From UHGV virus genome UHGV-1357485: a DNA stretch of 41,494 nt; one strand, 5' to 3'. Positions 39,886-41,494 of the stretch are shown here, one piece after another. Below the pieces are notes generated by a model that saw only the letters and a program-made list of their open reading frames with translations, had not been told where the DNA came from and did not search any database. The translations under genes were made by a program, and so were the position numbers. The first letter of the stretch is position 1; the number at the start of each line of letters is the position of its first letter. This DNA comes from a virus.

Positions 39886-40586
39886 CAGTCAATCAGCCCA
39901 TGTAATCTAAGTGCCGTTTCAAGCGCCAGAATACGCTGCCGCGCCTGCTGCAAACCTGTAGCGAGAGTTGCGACTTCGGATTGTGTGTACGTAGTGCCGA
40001 CAGTGTATGACTGGTTAGCGTTGAATGAGCCGAGGAGTGCCGTTCCGGTTGCTGCTGTCCATCCTGTCTGACGAGCACCGATAACCTTGGTGCCGCCGAC
40101 TGAATAGGATGTTGTTACGTTGAGGGGGGATGCCAGCGATTGTGTTGCTGTGGCTGTTTTCGATACGTAATCGTCCTGCAATGCAGAAATATTTCCTTCA
40201 GCCTCCGTCACTCTACCATCGAGAGCACTGACATCAGCCTGCAAGGTGACTATTTCACCTTCAGCCGTGGTTAGTCTGACATCCAGCGACGCGATTGCAT
40301 TGGTATTTGCAGTAATACGGATTTCATGGTCGTCTACGTCGATGCGGAGCTGACGAATTCTTTCTTCGTGATCGACCAGAATCACATCCTGCTCATCGTT
40401 CCTGACTTGTGCGTCATAAGCGCCCTGTCCGGCCTCGTTGGCCTTGTTCGCCACGTTACCAACATCAGTACCCTGTGCGATAACGTACAGCAGATATGAC
40501 TGCGAGAAGATATTGCGTGGAAGGATTGATGTATCGAGCCGCGTCGCCTGAACAATAACAGGGGTGTTGAGATTCGAATCAGCCAT
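39885..40586 (-). CDS. tail needle protein, P22 gp26-like (233 aa)
   Basis: [25 protein letters not shown]... then trimeric coiled-coil heptads; GGAGG RBS; same length as P22 gp26. Confidence 0.8.
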   Translation of the reverse strand: MADSNLNTPVIVQATRLDTSILPRNIFSQSYLLYVIAQGTDVGNVANKANEAGQGAYDAQVRNDEQDVILVDHEERIRQLRIDVDDHEIRITANTNAIASLDVRLTTAEGEIVTLQADVSALDGRVTEAEGNISALQDDYVSKTATATQSLASPLNVTTSYSVGGTKVIGARQTGWTAATGTALLGSFNANQSYTVGTTYTQSEVATLATGLQQARQRILALETALRLHGLID

Positions 40587-41112
40587 TAACATGCCTCCAT
40601 GCCTTGCCATTTACAATTCTACTAACCTTTGAATTGTGAATTCCAAATAATTTAGCAACTTCACACTGAGGAAATCCATTGGCAACCATTTCTTTTATCT
40701 TTATGACATCATCATTAGATATTTTAGAATTACCATTCCTTTCTCCTTTTACATTACCTCTCGACTCCAATCCATATGAGTGTGAGATATTTCCTGATGG
40801 AGTAACCCATTCAAGATTTAGATAGTTATTATTATATTTATCACCATCTATATGATTTACCTGTAACCCTTCAGCAAATCCACCAACAAAGTGAGATGCA
40901 ACAAGCTTATGTATTAGTATGTTCTTTTTTACGCCATCCTTATATAAACACACATACTTATATCCATTTACGTTATGATTATGCTTCAGCCACCTACCCT
41001 TAATAAGACGTCCCCTCAAATTTACTCTTGAATGCGAGTAAACTCTACCATCATTAGTGATGGCGTACAGTCCTTCATATCCTTCGATATCTTTTGCGTT
41101 TTCACTTAACAT
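40579..41112 (-). CDS. HNH homing endonuclease (177 aa)
   Basis: N-terminal ...[15 protein letters not shown]... (NUMOD4-like), HNH region ...[10 protein letters not shown]..., C-terminal HTH-like; AT-rich; AAGGAG RBS; inserted between gp10 and gp26. Confidence 0.75.
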   Translation of the reverse strand: MLSENAKDIEGYEGLYAITNDGRVYSHSRVNLRGRLIKGRWLKHNHNVNGYKYVCLYKDGVKKNILIHKLVASHFVGGFAEGLQVNHIDGDKYNNNYLNLEWVTPSGNISHSYGLESRGNVKGERNGNSKISNDDVIKIKEMVANGFPQCEVAKLFGIHNSKVSRIVNGKAWRHVNG

Positions 41113-41133
41113 ATCTACTCCTTGAGTTTCGAT

Positions 41134-41494
41134 TTATGTTACACGAATAGAAAGGCCTGATAATGTGACAGGACCTTTTGCAATAACCCTGAATTTAAAT
41201 CCAATGAGGCGTCTAACTCGACCAACCTTTCGCCATAAAACGCGATTGTCATATACAAATGGTTTTTGTAATACGACCATTTGCTCACGACCGTAACTAA
41301 TTCCATCTGTAGTGGCTGATATAAATATTTTATCTATTCTATCACACACGCCGCCCGATGTTTCTAATTCAAGGTCATTTATTAAAGCGTTATCTGCCTT
41401 TATTAGAGGGGAATATAAAATATGCTCTTGTTGTTTTTCGTATTGTGAAGATATATCGAATTGCAATTTCCCGGTCACCGATTCCAGTTTGTCG
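41134..41494 (-). CDS. P22 gp10-like protein, 3' portion (C-terminal about 120 aa); ORF open to window end
   Basis: Minus-strand ORF running off the window end with 1 nt of a split codon; joins in frame with positions 2-1 to give 1,419 nt (472 codons plus stop). Confidence 0.7.
   Translation of the reverse strand, partial: DKLESVTGKLQFDISSQYEKQQEHILYSPLIKADNALINDLELETSGGVCDRIDKIFISATTDGISYGREQMVVLQKPFVYDNRVLWRKVGRVRRLIGFKFRVIAKGPVTLSGLSIRVT

Noticed and set aside
1-41494. Prophage boundaries / flanking host genes
   Set aside because: Every region is accounted for by phage modules and the two ends join in frame within gene 10; no host housekeeping genes seen.

Overview
The window reads as a complete, circularly permuted genome (41,494 bp) of a temperate P22-like podophage of Enterobacteriaceae, with lambda-type regulatory modules mixed in. 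There are no host flanks: the P22 gp10-like gene is split across the window ends and joins in frame, and the attachment region (AlpA-type xis, a core matching the argW tRNA 3' end from memory, P4/IntS-type integrase) is in the unintegrated phage arrangement. The minus strand carries the late and rightward early genes: small and large terminase, portal, scaffold, coat, gp4, gp10, tail needle gp26, ejection proteins, Ant/Arc, a mosaic tailspike, then Q, the nin region with RusA, a DnaB-type helicase, an O-like initiator with ori iterons, cII and cro, and a pinholin / SAR-endolysin / Rz-Rz1 lysis cassette downstream of a lambda-like pR'-6S-tR' unit. The plus strand carries cI, N, cIII, kil, erf, ssb, xis and int. 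Accessory content is the main interest: a membrane protein co-transcribed with cI in the rexAB slot, SieB, a 317-aa coiled-coil protein, an IS1 with a 9-bp target duplication disrupting a zinc-ribbon gene, an O-antigen-type acyltransferase, a four-gene cargo cluster at the P22 sieA locus, and an HNH homing endonuclease between gp10 and gp26. All calls are from reading the sequence and recalled family knowledge; no searches were run. Coordinates taken from the ORF track are reliable; small motifs I located by hand may be off by a few bp.
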